Shown here piece after piece: positions 25,306-33,658 of a stretch of DNA of 37,094 nucleotides. Source of the stretch: Candidatus Moraniibacteriota bacterium (lineage in GTDB: Bacteria; Patescibacteriota; Minisyncoccia; Moranbacterales; UBA11712); NCBI GenBank assembly GCA_028695025.1, contig JAQVJV010000008.1:1-37094 (forward strand). The letters are read 5' to 3'. Below the pieces are notes generated by a model that saw only the letters and a program-made list of their open reading frames with translations, ran no database searches and was not told the origin of the DNA. A program made the translations under genes and the position numbers. The first letter of the stretch is position 1; every line of letters starts with the position of its first letter.

Positions 25306-26166
25306 ATGAATCTCACTGAATCACTCCAGCATATCGGTCTTAATGAAAAAGAAGCCAAAGTATATTTGGCGCTTTTGCAATTGGGAAAAACGACCGCTTA
25401 TTCCGTTTCGGTGCGAAGCGGAATCAAAAAACCGACGACATACGTCATCCTTGAGCAATTGGTCAAAAAGGGGTATGCTTTTGAGATCCCAAGGGCGAGA
25501 AAACACGTCTTTTTCGCCGAATCGCCGGACAAATGTTTCGCGATGGCGCGGGAGAAGCTGGTCTTGGCGCAGGAATCACTGCCGGAACTCATGGCGGCAA
25601 GGAAGGGGCAGAGCGAGAAAGTGAATATTTCCTATTTTGAAGGGCTTGATGGAATCAGGGAGATGTACGGCAAGTTTTTTGAGTTCATGAAAAAAAAGCC
25701 GGCTTCGGAGCGAGTCTGTTCCGGTTTCTATGCCCAGGCGCGGGGTATATCCAAGGAAGTGGATGATTTTTGGAAGGAGTATAATGCTCAAGTGGTGGCG
25801 CTTGATATCAAGAGGCGGGGACTGACTCCGAAAGACGAGACATTGAAATGGTATTTCGAAAACGCGAAGAATTTGAATATTGATCTTATTGGACTACCGA
25901 AAGAAATATATGACAGCAATGTCTCATTTGAAATTTTTGACGGGTTCGTTCAGATTATCTCCTACGGTTATCTCCAAGGCACCTTGATTGAAAACCGCGA
26001 TGTGGCCGATTCATTGCGGCAGATATTTGAAATAATCTGGAATGTGTATAAGAATGAAAAAGAAGTTGAAGAAACCTCACTCCAGCCTATTAAACCTCAC
26101 CCCGACCCTCTCCTTATCAAGGAGAGGGAGCCCGGCGAAAACAGATTTATTGGCGGAAGAGGTTGA
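25306..26166 (+). CDS. TrmB-family HTH transcriptional regulator (paralog 2) with MITE-derived C-terminal tail
   Basis: MNLTESLQHIGLNEKEAKVYLALLQLGKTTAYSVSVRSGIKKPTTYVILEQLVKKGYA aligns with paralog 1 from its first codon. The ORF-track start 25093 is read-through of the MITE. The last 24 codons (..KPHPDPLLIKEREPGENRFIGGRG) are encoded by mini-MITE copy 3. Confidence 0.75.
   Translation: MNLTESLQHIGLNEKEAKVYLALLQLGKTTAYSVSVRSGIKKPTTYVILEQLVKKGYAFEIPRARKHVFFAESPDKCFAMAREKLVLAQESLPELMAARKGQSEKVNISYFEGLDGIREMYGKFFEFMKKKPASERVCSGFYAQARGISKEVDDFWKEYNAQVVALDIKRRGLTPKDETLKWYFENAKNLNIDLIGLPKEIYDSNVSFEIFDGFVQIISYGYLQGTLIENRDVADSLRQIFEIIWNVYKNEKEVEETSLQPIKPHPDPLLIKEREPGENRFIGGRG
26095..26136. mobile_element. 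mini-MITE (TIR + one hairpin, 45 bp core) at the 3' end of the trmB paralog
   Basis: AAACCTCACCCCGACCCTCTCCTTATCAAGGAGAGGGAGCCCGGC, identical to copy 4. Confidence 0.55.
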
Positions 26167-26171
26167 AACAT

Positions 26172-27791
26172 ATGATCAATAAAATTCCGCAACCAATTAT
26201 AAATATTATAAAAAAGCTCGAAGCCGCCGGTTTTGAGGCTTTTGTGGTGGGCGGATGCGTGCGGGATTTGCTGATGGACATGGAACCAAAAGACTGGGAT
26301 GTGACAACGAATGCCAAGCCGGAGGAAGTGATGAAAATTTTTCCGGACAGTTTCTACGAGAATGATTTTGGAACGGTAGGAGTGAAAGTTAAAAATCACA
26401 AAGACACAGGAGCACAAAAAGCCAAACAGAGCCTAAAAGCACAAATAACAAAGACCGAGAAGAATGGGGGCGACGAAATTACGGAAGTTGTGGAGGTTAC
26501 GACCTATAGAATAGAAAGCAAATATTCTGACAAGCGGCGGCCGGATGAAGTGCGGTTTGCGAAAACGCTCGAAGAAGATTTGGGAAGGCGTGATTTCACG
26601 ATTAATGCGTTGGCGTTGAAAGTCAAACCTCACCCCGACCCTCTCCTTATCAAGGAGAGGGAGCCCGGCTATAAAGTTGTAGATTTGTTCAATGGGCAAG
26701 ATGATTTGAAGAATAAAATAATTCGAGCTGTTGGCGACCCAAACGAGCGGTTTGACGAAGATGCGCTGAGGATGATGCGGGCGGTTCGATTTGCAATAAC
26801 ACTCACAAATGAAAACGAAGTAAAACGAATTAGAACAAATAGCGGACCGAGAAAATTGAGTGAAGAAACGCCTTTTACAATTGAGGAAAAAACCGGGAAG
26901 GCGATTGTGAAGAACGCGAAAAATTTGAAATTCATTTCCCGGGAACGCATACAAGATGAATTGAATAAAATTTTGGTTTCGGATTTTGCGGCGGAAGGAG
27001 TTGAGTTGTTGCGGGAGCTGAAACTCCTCCAATATATTCTTCCGGAGCTGGAAAAAGGATACGGCGTGGGACAAAACCGCCATCACATATATACCATCTG
27101 GGAGCACTCGATCTTGTCTCTCAAAAATTGCCCGTCAAGGAAACTTGAAGTGCGGCTGGCAACCCTGCTTCATGACATTGCGAAGCCTGATACAAAAAGA
27201 GGGGAAGGGGCGTATTCGACTTTCTATAATCACGATCACGTCGGAGCTCGATTGGTTGAAAAAATTTTGAAGCGGCTTAAGTATTCCTCGGAGATCATCC
27301 GCAAAGTGAAGTTGCTCGTGGACAACCATATGTTTTACTACAACGTTGACGAAGTGGGAGCGTCGAGCGTCCGCCGGCTGGTCCGGAAAGTCGGCCTTGA
27401 GAATATCGATGATTTGATTGACCTTCGCGTTGGAGACCGGCTGGGTTCGGGCGTGCCAAAGGCTGTCCCGTACAAACTGCGCCATTTCAAATATATGGTG
27501 GACAAGATTTCCCACGATCCTTTGTCGGTCAAAATGCTCAAAGCGGATGGGAATGATATCATGAAAGAGTTGGATATGGAGCCTGGACAGAAGATCGGGG
27601 CGATTTTGGATGTTTTGCTTTCAGAGGTGATTGAAGATCCGAAGAAAAATAGAAAAGACATGTTACTCGAGCGAGCGAGCGCGTTGAGCGGCGAGGATCT
27701 TTCCAAACTTCGTGAAATGGCGAAAGAAAAAATTGAAGAAAAAAAAGAAGAAGAGGATAAGGAAATAAAAAATAAGTATTGGGTGAAATAA
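26172..27791 (+). CDS. cca: CCA-adding enzyme / tRNA nucleotidyltransferase (Pol-beta NTase head + HD domain) carrying an in-frame 15-codon mini-MITE insertion
   Basis: [32 protein letters not shown]-domain HDIAKPDT...H..H motifs. ATG 26172 (RBS GGAAGAGG) preferred over TTG 26163. Insertion encodes KPHPDPLLIKEREPG. Confidence 0.85.
   Translation: MINKIPQPIINIIKKLEAAGFEAFVVGGCVRDLLMDMEPKDWDVTTNAKPEEVMKIFPDSFYENDFGTVGVKVKNHKDTGAQKAKQSLKAQITKTEKNGGDEITEVVEVTTYRIESKYSDKRRPDEVRFAKTLEEDLGRRDFTINALALKVKPHPDPLLIKEREPGYKVVDLFNGQDDLKNKIIRAVGDPNERFDEDALRMMRAVRFAITLTNENEVKRIRTNSGPRKLSEETPFTIEEKTGKAIVKNAKNLKFISRERIQDELNKILVSDFAAEGVELLRELKLLQYILPELEKGYGVGQNRHHIYTIWEHSILSLKNCPSRKLEVRLATLLHDIAKPDTKRGEGAYSTFYNHDHVGARLVEKILKRLKYSSEIIRKVKLLVDNHMFYYNVDEVGASSVRRLVRKVGLENIDDLIDLRVGDRLGSGVPKAVPYKLRHFKYMVDKISHDPLSVKMLKADGNDIMKELDMEPGQKIGAILDVLLSEVIEDPKKNRKDMLLERASALSGEDLSKLREMAKEKIEEKKEEEDKEIKNKYWVK
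26628..26669. mobile_element. mini-MITE (45 bp) inserted in-frame inside the cca coding sequence
   Basis: Identical 45-mer to 26091-26135. 45 nt = 15 codons, reading frame preserved. Confidence 0.55.
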
Positions 27792-27923
27792 AATAAAGTT
27801 AAAAGTTAAAAACGAAAAGTTAAAAGTTTTTGTATTCACCGCACTCATGATTTATTTTAGAATAATTGTCGCGAAGCGGCTCCTTAACTTTTCACTTTGC
27901 ACTTTTAATTTTCAACTTTTTGC

Positions 27924-28535
27924 ATGGCTTCGCAAATTTCCCATGTCGTATATGCCCAGAAGTATCTGGAAAAAAATCCGCGGAAGGGCGGGGAGTTTTT
28001 CATCCTTGGGTCGATTTTTCCGGACATCCGAAGAATCGCGGATGGGATAGAAAGAAAAGATACGCATTTGCGTTTTTCAAAAACGGATCTTGATTTTTCC
28101 GGGATGGAGCTGTTCGATGCCGGTTGGAAATTTCATCTTTGGTGCGATATGCGGCGGGAAGAGATTCTCAACAAGTACGGTTTCTATTCCTTGCGGGGGA
28201 CGGATATTCCCGAGCCGGGAGTGAAACTTTTGGGAGATGAAATCGACTACGGCCGGATGAAAAACCGGGAGAAACTGGTTTCTTTTCTCAACAATCCGCC
28301 GATCGTGAAAACGACACTCGATATTTCACAAGAAACAATCGAGCGCTGGTACGCGATGCTGGCTAAATATTTTGAAAAAAAACCGAATGAAAAAACAATG
28401 CGGGCTTTTCTCACAAAGCAAAAAGCGTTCCATGGGAAAATTGACGAGATCATTGACGGCGTGAAAAAATTGAGGGAGAATCAAAAAGCGGTGGAAATAT
28501 TATCCAAAATATCTGCAGAGATTTTAGAAAATTAA
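27924..28535 (+). CDS. hypothetical protein
   Basis: 203-aa ORF with coding-like composition. No recognisable motif. Confidence 0.5.
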   Translation: MASQISHVVYAQKYLEKNPRKGGEFFILGSIFPDIRRIADGIERKDTHLRFSKTDLDFSGMELFDAGWKFHLWCDMRREEILNKYGFYSLRGTDIPEPGVKLLGDEIDYGRMKNREKLVSFLNNPPIVKTTLDISQETIERWYAMLAKYFEKKPNEKTMRAFLTKQKAFHGKIDEIIDGVKKLRENQKAVEILSKISAEILEN

Positions 28536-28640
28536 GCAATCGGGCTGTGGCCCCGAAAAATTCGCTTCGCGAATCTACGGGGTAAATATAACGGCAGTAT
28601 CCGCCAGGGGCGGACAAGCGTACGATTTATTAATAAGTTT

Positions 28641-28714
28641 CGGGCTGTGGTATAACGGCATTACGCACGCTTCGGGTGCGTGTAATCCGGGTTCAATTCC
28701 CGGCAGCCCGACCA
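28641..28714 (+). tRNA. tRNA-Pro (anticodon CGG), CCA encoded
   Basis: CGGGCTG..CAGCCCG acceptor. Anticodon arm CACGC-TTCGGGT-GCGTG. T arm CCGGG-TTCAATT-CCCGG. A CCA. Confidence 0.85.
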
Positions 28715-28719
28715 AGATT

Positions 28720-29133
28720 ATGAGAATAGGAATTATTGGAAGTATGCAATATACAGAAAAAATGGTTGAAGTTCGAGATAGGCTTGCCGCGCTTGGTCAT
28801 GATGCTTTTGTGACTGATTTGCATAAGCCGTTCATTGGCAAGTCGGATGAAGAAAAAGAAAGAATAAAATTGTACCAAAAATACAATAAAGACGCTATTC
28901 GTGAATTTTGGAATGCAATGCAGAAAGCCAACGCGGTGTTGGTTTTGAATCTGGATAAAAATGGAGAAAAGAATTATATCGGCGGAAACACATTCCTGGA
29001 AATAGGTTTTGCGCATATATTAAACCAAAAAATATTTTTGTATAATCCAATTCCGGAAATTCCGTATTATAAAACTGAAATTATCGCGATGAAGCCAATA
29101 GTTATAAATAGAGATTTATCACTAATCAATTAG
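28720..29133 (+). CDS. nucleoside 2-deoxyribosyltransferase-like (Rcl/DNPH1-fold) protein; start codon 6 nt after tRNA-Pro
   Basis: MRIGIIGSM..., AVLVLNLDKNGEKNYIGGNTFLEIGFAHILNQKIFLY resembles the nucleoside deoxyribosyltransferase family signature (xGTxFEhGyA). Confidence 0.5.
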   Translation: MRIGIIGSMQYTEKMVEVRDRLAALGHDAFVTDLHKPFIGKSDEEKERIKLYQKYNKDAIREFWNAMQKANAVLVLNLDKNGEKNYIGGNTFLEIGFAHILNQKIFLYNPIPEIPYYKTEIIAMKPIVINRDLSLIN

Positions 29134-29171
29134 ATAGAGACGCAAAATCTTGCGCATCTATCTACGGTGAT

Positions 29172-29474
29172 GTGAATCGTGTTATGAAATTTGTCATTGA
29201 AAGCCCAAAAACAAGTGTTGCCAATTTTTTCCGCCGCGCCGGGTATGTTTTTCAAAAACAAAATGACGGAGAAATGGCGTTTGTGCGAAAGCTGACAGAC
29301 CAGCCTTTCCCGAGGTTTCATTTGTTTGTGCGGATTGTTGATTATAAATTTCAGGTGAATTTCCATATTGACCACAAGGCAACGAGCTATGATGGGACAA
29401 GCGCGCATAGCGGAGAATATGATAAGGATAACGAATTGTTGAAAGCAGAAGCGGGAAGGCTGATGAGTTTGTGA
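29172..29474 (+). CDS. hypothetical protein (100 aa)
   Basis: ORF between two tRNA clusters. No recognisable motif. Confidence 0.4.
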   Translation: MNRVMKFVIESPKTSVANFFRRAGYVFQKQNDGEMAFVRKLTDQPFPRFHLFVRIVDYKFQVNFHIDHKATSYDGTSAHSGEYDKDNELLKAEAGRLMSL

Positions 29475-29478
29475 AAAA

Positions 29479-29549
29479 GGGGATATAGTAAAATGGCATT
29501 ACGCAGCATTCGCATTGCTGAATTCCGGGTTCGACTCCCGGTATCTCCA
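29479..29549 (+). tRNA. tRNA-Ala (anticodon CGC)
   Basis: GGGGATA..TATCTCC acceptor with G3:U70. Anticodon arm CAGCA-TTCGCAT-TGCTG. T arm CCGGG-TTCGACT-CCCGG. Confidence 0.8.
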
Positions 29550-29646
29550 CATAAAGGTGATGTCGAGACGGGGTTCCCGCCCCAATTATATTGGGGCGAG
29601 GCTCGCCCAAGTTATGCTTGGGCGGCGACTCCCCTCGGGTCCACAG
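29550..29646 (+). other. 97-nt highly structured spacer between tRNA-Ala and tRNA-Val (three 7-bp perfect hairpins)
   Basis: CCCCAAT-TAT-ATTGGGG. GGGCGAG/CTCGCCC. GCCCAAG-TTATG-CTTGGGC. Outer CGAGACGGGG...CCCCTCG pairing. Confidence 0.3.
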
Positions 29647-29720
29647 GGACAATTAGCTCAGCTGGTTAGAGCGCTACATTCACACTGTAGAGGCCGGAGG
29701 TTCGAGTCCTCCATTGTCCA
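29647..29720 (+). tRNA. tRNA-Val (anticodon CAC)
   Basis: GGACAAT..ATTGTCC acceptor. Anticodon arm CTACA-TTCACAC-TGTAG. T arm GGAGG-TTCGAGT-CCTCC. Confidence 0.85.
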
Positions 29721-29726
29721 CAATCT

Positions 29727-29813
29727 GGAGAGATGCCAGAGAGGCCGAATGGGCCGCACTCGAAATGCGGTAGGGCAGCAATGTCCTCGGGGGTTCGACT
29801 CCCTCTCTCTCCG
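29727..29813 (+). tRNA. tRNA-Ser (anticodon CGA), type II
   Basis: GGAGAGA..TCTCTCC acceptor. Anticodon arm CCGCA-CTCGAAA-TGCGG. Long variable arm. Discriminator G. Confidence 0.85.
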
Positions 29814-29857
29814 CCGATTTACAATTTAAAAAAATAGTGTTAGGTTAAGATAACGTA

Positions 29858-30376
29858 ATGTTAAGTTCACTGGCACAGAATTATTCAGGAATAAGCATTA
29901 TCGGGGCGATAGCAGTCGCGATATTGCTTTTTGTTTGGAATATGTTTTTGCAGATCAGCGTGAGCCGGGTAAAGAAAAATCAGCAACAGCTTTTTTCCGG
30001 AAAAAGCGGGATGGATCTTGAGAAATTGATTCTGGACCACGCGGATAATCTCAAGGAACTCGATCGGGACATCCAGGATCTTTACGGCATTTCCAACCAG
30101 ATCCATAATCTTGCCAGCCGTTCGGTGCATAAAGTCGGGGTGGTGCGGTTCAATCCTTTCAAAGATTTGGGCGGAGATCAGAGTTTTTCCATAGCGCTTC
30201 TTGACGGGCAGAGCAACGGCATGGTAGTTTCCGGGCTCCATACTCGGGAGGGGAACCGGGTATATGCCAAATCGGTGGAGAGAGGGAAGGCTGTGAAACA
30301 TCCGCTCACCGAAGAAGAGCAGGAAGCAATCAAGAAGGCGGAAAGCTCCGCGAACGGGCTGGCCCAGAAAGCCTAA
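29858..30376 (+). CDS. DUF4446-family protein (N-terminal TM helix)
   Basis: GVVRFNPFKDLGGDQSFSIALLDGQSNGMVVSGLHTREGNRVYAKSV pattern typical of DUF4446. Confidence 0.6.
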   Translation: MLSSLAQNYSGISIIGAIAVAILLFVWNMFLQISVSRVKKNQQQLFSGKSGMDLEKLILDHADNLKELDRDIQDLYGISNQIHNLASRSVHKVGVVRFNPFKDLGGDQSFSIALLDGQSNGMVVSGLHTREGNRVYAKSVERGKAVKHPLTEEEQEAIKKAESSANGLAQKA

Positions 30377-30405
30377 GTGAAATAATCAACTATAAAATTC
30401 CATAA

Positions 30406-32181
30406 ATGGCCGAAGCCGAAAAGAAACAAGTAAAAATTCCATCTCGCATAACTGTGAAAAAATTCGCGGATATTTTGAGTTTGGGGATTTCGGACGTGAT
30501 CAAGGAGCTCATGAAGAACAAAATCCTCGCGACGATCAACGATGAAATCGATTTTGAAACGGCAGCCATCATTGCGGAGGATTTAGGGTTCCAGGCTGAA
30601 GAAGATATCGAAGCCGGTGCCCAAGGCGCCGCGATGACGCTTGAGAAATTGGATGAGATCTTGAAAAAGGAAAAAGAAGCTGGCGTGAAAGAGGCGGGCC
30701 TTCGTGGCCGGCCGCCGGTGGTGACGATTCTCGGCCATGTTGACCATGGAAAAACAACCTTGCTTGATACGATCCGCAAAACTTCGGTGGTGGAAAAAGA
30801 GGCGGGGGGAATCACCCAGCATATCAGCGCCTATCAGGTGAAAAAGAAAGGCGAACTTATCACTTTCGTTGATACTCCCGGACATGAAGCCTTTTCGGCG
30901 ATGCGGGAACGGGGAGTGAGCCTCGCGGATATTGCCATTTTGGTGGTGGCGGCAGACGATGGCGTGCGGCCCCAAACGGAAGAAGTGATCAAATATCTCA
31001 AAGAAAAAAAGATTCCGATGGTGGTGGCGATCAACAAGATTGATAAGCCCAATGCCAATGTGCAACGCGTGAAACAGGAACTCGCCGATCGGGAAATTTT
31101 GATTGAGGAATGGGGTGGGAAAATAGTGAGCGCGGAAATATCAGCCAAGCAAAATATCGGCATTGACGATCTCTTGGACATGGTGCTTCTTGTGGCGGAA
31201 GTGGAAAATCTCAAGTCGAATTATAAACGGTTGCCGCTTGGAGTAGTTATCGAATCCCATCTTGATCCGAAAAAAGGGAACATGGCGACAGTTTTGGTAC
31301 GGACCGGAACTCTCAAAGAAGGGCAAGATATTTTGGCCGGTTCCGTTGTTGGCCGGGTACGGCGCCTGGAAGATTTCAGGGGGCGACAACTCAAGGAGGC
31401 GAGCCCTTCGACTCCGGTTTCTGTCATTGGCCTTCCGAAGCTTCCTAATGTGAATGATGTGCTTCAGGGCATGACGGATCTCAAATCAGCCAAAAGTTCG
31501 CAAAAAGAAATGCAAGCCGGCGGGGTGGAAATAAAAAGGATGGAAGGCCAATCCTCGGATAATGTGAAAAAATTGAATGTTATTTTGAAAACGGATGTGC
31601 AAGGGTCGCTTGAGGCGCTCGATCAAATCTTGGGAGCGATCAAATCGGATGAAGTGGCGATCAATTATATCCGCCAAGGCGTGGGAGACATCACCGAATC
31701 GGATGTGAAATTGGCGCAGACTTCCGGGGCGGTCATTTTCGGGTTCAATATTACTCCGACGACTGTGGCGAAGCGTCTTGCGGAAATGAACAAGGTGGAA
31801 ATCAAGAGTTACAAAGTGATTTATGAACTTGTTGATGATATCACCAAGCGCCTCGAGGAGATGCTCGGTGAAGAGGTTGTCCGGACGGATGTTGGCAAAC
31901 TCAAAGTCCTCGCGGTTTTCATGACTGGAAAAAAAGAAATGATTGTCGGCGGAAAAGCTTCCTCGGGAGTTATGAAAAAGGGAGAGAATATCGAAGTGGT
32001 CCGCGAAGAAAGAGTTCTCGGACGCGGAAAGCTTTCCAATCTTCAGCAAAACAAAGTGGATACGGATGAAGTTTCGCATGGCCATGAATGCGGAATTACT
32101 TTCGAAGGGGAAACCAAAATAAAAGAGGGCGATATCCTTACTTGTTTCCATGAGGAAGTAGTGAAGAAGAAGTTGCAGTAA
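30406..32181 (+). CDS. infB: translation initiation factor IF-2 (short N-terminus)
   Basis: G domain [29 protein letters not shown]-terminal beta-barrel domains. Confidence 0.92.
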   Translation: MAEAEKKQVKIPSRITVKKFADILSLGISDVIKELMKNKILATINDEIDFETAAIIAEDLGFQAEEDIEAGAQGAAMTLEKLDEILKKEKEAGVKEAGLRGRPPVVTILGHVDHGKTTLLDTIRKTSVVEKEAGGITQHISAYQVKKKGELITFVDTPGHEAFSAMRERGVSLADIAILVVAADDGVRPQTEEVIKYLKEKKIPMVVAINKIDKPNANVQRVKQELADREILIEEWGGKIVSAEISAKQNIGIDDLLDMVLLVAEVENLKSNYKRLPLGVVIESHLDPKKGNMATVLVRTGTLKEGQDILAGSVVGRVRRLEDFRGRQLKEASPSTPVSVIGLPKLPNVNDVLQGMTDLKSAKSSQKEMQAGGVEIKRMEGQSSDNVKKLNVILKTDVQGSLEALDQILGAIKSDEVAINYIRQGVGDITESDVKLAQTSGAVIFGFNITPTTVAKRLAEMNKVEIKSYKVIYELVDDITKRLEEMLGEEVVRTDVGKLKVLAVFMTGKKEMIVGGKASSGVMKKGENIEVVREERVLGRGKLSNLQQNKVDTDEVSHGHECGITFEGETKIKEGDILTCFHEEVVKKKLQ

Positions 32182-32205
32182 TCAAAAATATAATAAACAG
32201 CTGAA

Positions 32206-32535
32206 ATGTCATCCAGGATTCTAAAAGTAAACGAGCTTATTCGAAATTCGATAGCTGAAATTATTAACCGGGAGATGGATTTATCCTCCGGTGTTTTTGT
32301 AACTGTGACCAAGGTTGACACTTCGGCGGATTTGCGTTATGCTCGAGTGTTTGTGAGCGTCTATCCTGAAAAAAAATTCGGAAATGTTTTGAAAATTATT
32401 CAAAGGAAAATTTATTTCATTCAGGGAGAGCTTAATAAAAAGCTCTCTATGAAACCGCTTCCTCGCATCGAATTCGTGACGGATAAAACCGAAGTGGAAG
32501 CAGAAAAAATAGAGAAACTATTCAAAGAAATTTAG
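32206..32535 (+). CDS. rbfA: ribosome-binding factor A
   Basis: RILKVNELIRNSIAEII...VTVTKVDTSADLRYARVFVSV. Classical infB-rbfA order. Confidence 0.85.
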   Translation: MSSRILKVNELIRNSIAEIINREMDLSSGVFVTVTKVDTSADLRYARVFVSVYPEKKFGNVLKIIQRKIYFIQGELNKKLSMKPLPRIEFVTDKTEVEAEKIEKLFKEI

Positions 32536-32621
32536 TTTTGTTGCGAGGAATATGGCGACAAAACAATCCGGTCAAAACGGGATCGCCACGCCCCTTTGGG
32601 GATCGCGATGACAATTTTATT

Positions 32622-33599
32622 ATGAATCAAAAATTTACCAAGGAATTCAACGAAATAAAAAAAGAACTGGAGAAAGCCAGAAACATTCTTTTGGTGGCCC
32701 ATCCCAGGCCCGATGGTGATACAGCTGGGTCTGTTTTTGCTCTTCGGGAATATTTGGTGGGAGATCTCCGGAAAAAAGTCTCAGTGGCTTGTGAAGATTC
32801 CCTTCCGGAGTATCTTCAGGTGATTTTTCCCGAAGAAAAATTTGAAAAACCGGACAATATAAACATTGACGATTTCGATCTTTTGGTCGGTTGTGATGCG
32901 GTGGAAAGAGGCTTTGAAAAAATTGTCGGGAAAAAAGAAAAAAATCAGAGGGTGGTTTTGATTGACCACCATGAATCGCTGGAAATGAAAAATATAATTC
33001 CGGATATCGTGGTGGCTGATCCGAAGTATTCATCGGTTTGCGAAATTCTTTTTGTTTTTTTTGATTTTCATCGGATAGGCATCAGCAAAAAAATGGCGAC
33101 AGCTCTTCTCACGGGAATTTTGCATGATACGGCCGTGTTTCAGCATGCCAATACCACTTCCCGAGTGATGGAGATTGCGGCGGAACTCATGCGGCGGGGT
33201 GCCCCGATGAACAAAATCATAGAAACGACTTTCAAAAACAAAAAACTGGCCACGCTAAAACTCTGGGGACGGGCGATGGAACGGGCGGAGGTCAATGAAA
33301 AAACAGGAGCGATCGTGTCTTTTGTCACAAGGGAAGATATGGAGGAGCTGGGTATGGATGACGACAGCGTGGGCCGGATTGCCGAACTCCTGAATACGGT
33401 TTCGGGAACGAAATTCTCGCTGGTGCTTGTCGAAAAAGACGAAAACAAGGTCAAAGGAAGCCTCCGGAGCGAGTGGTATAAAAATGTCGATGTTTCGGAA
33501 ATCGCCCGTCTTCTCAAGGGCGGCGGACACAAGTTAGCAAGTGGCTTTGAAATTGTCGGGAAAATAGTGAAAGATGAAAACGGAATAGCGATTAAATAA
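32622..33599 (+). CDS. nrnA: DHH-family phosphoesterase (NrnA-like oligoribonuclease / pAp phosphatase)
   Basis: ILLVAHPRPDGDTAGS, DHH motif VLIDHHES, DHHA1 GGGHKLASGF. Start trimmed to MNQKF (ORF-track start 32538 overlaps rbfA). Confidence 0.8.
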   Translation: MNQKFTKEFNEIKKELEKARNILLVAHPRPDGDTAGSVFALREYLVGDLRKKVSVACEDSLPEYLQVIFPEEKFEKPDNINIDDFDLLVGCDAVERGFEKIVGKKEKNQRVVLIDHHESLEMKNIIPDIVVADPKYSSVCEILFVFFDFHRIGISKKMATALLTGILHDTAVFQHANTTSRVMEIAAELMRRGAPMNKIIETTFKNKKLATLKLWGRAMERAEVNEKTGAIVSFVTREDMEELGMDDDSVGRIAELLNTVSGTKFSLVLVEKDENKVKGSLRSEWYKNVDVSEIARLLKGGGHKLASGFEIVGKIVKDENGIAIK

Positions 33600-33658
33600 A
33601 AAATAAGAAATTTTGATTTTCTGCTGTGTGGAACGATTTGTTTTGATATAATAAAAAC

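Noticed and set aside
23417-26672. CRISPR array interpretation of the repeated palindromic units
   Set aside because: The copies have unequal lengths and irregular spacing (1.6 kb, 0.8 kb, 0.5 kb), carry terminal inverted repeats and lie inside genes. There are no cas genes, so this is a MITE/REP-like element and not CRISPR.
28543-28640. Possible second tRNA-Pro gene or intron-containing tRNA upstream of tRNA-Pro
   Set aside because: Only the first 10 nt and a D-loop-like stretch are duplicated. There is no anticodon arm, T arm or 3' acceptor strand, so I treat it as a partial duplicate or scar.
29194-29829. ORFs 29194..29652(-) and 29515..29829(+)
   Set aside because: They overlap three tRNA genes and the structured spacer, so they are spurious.
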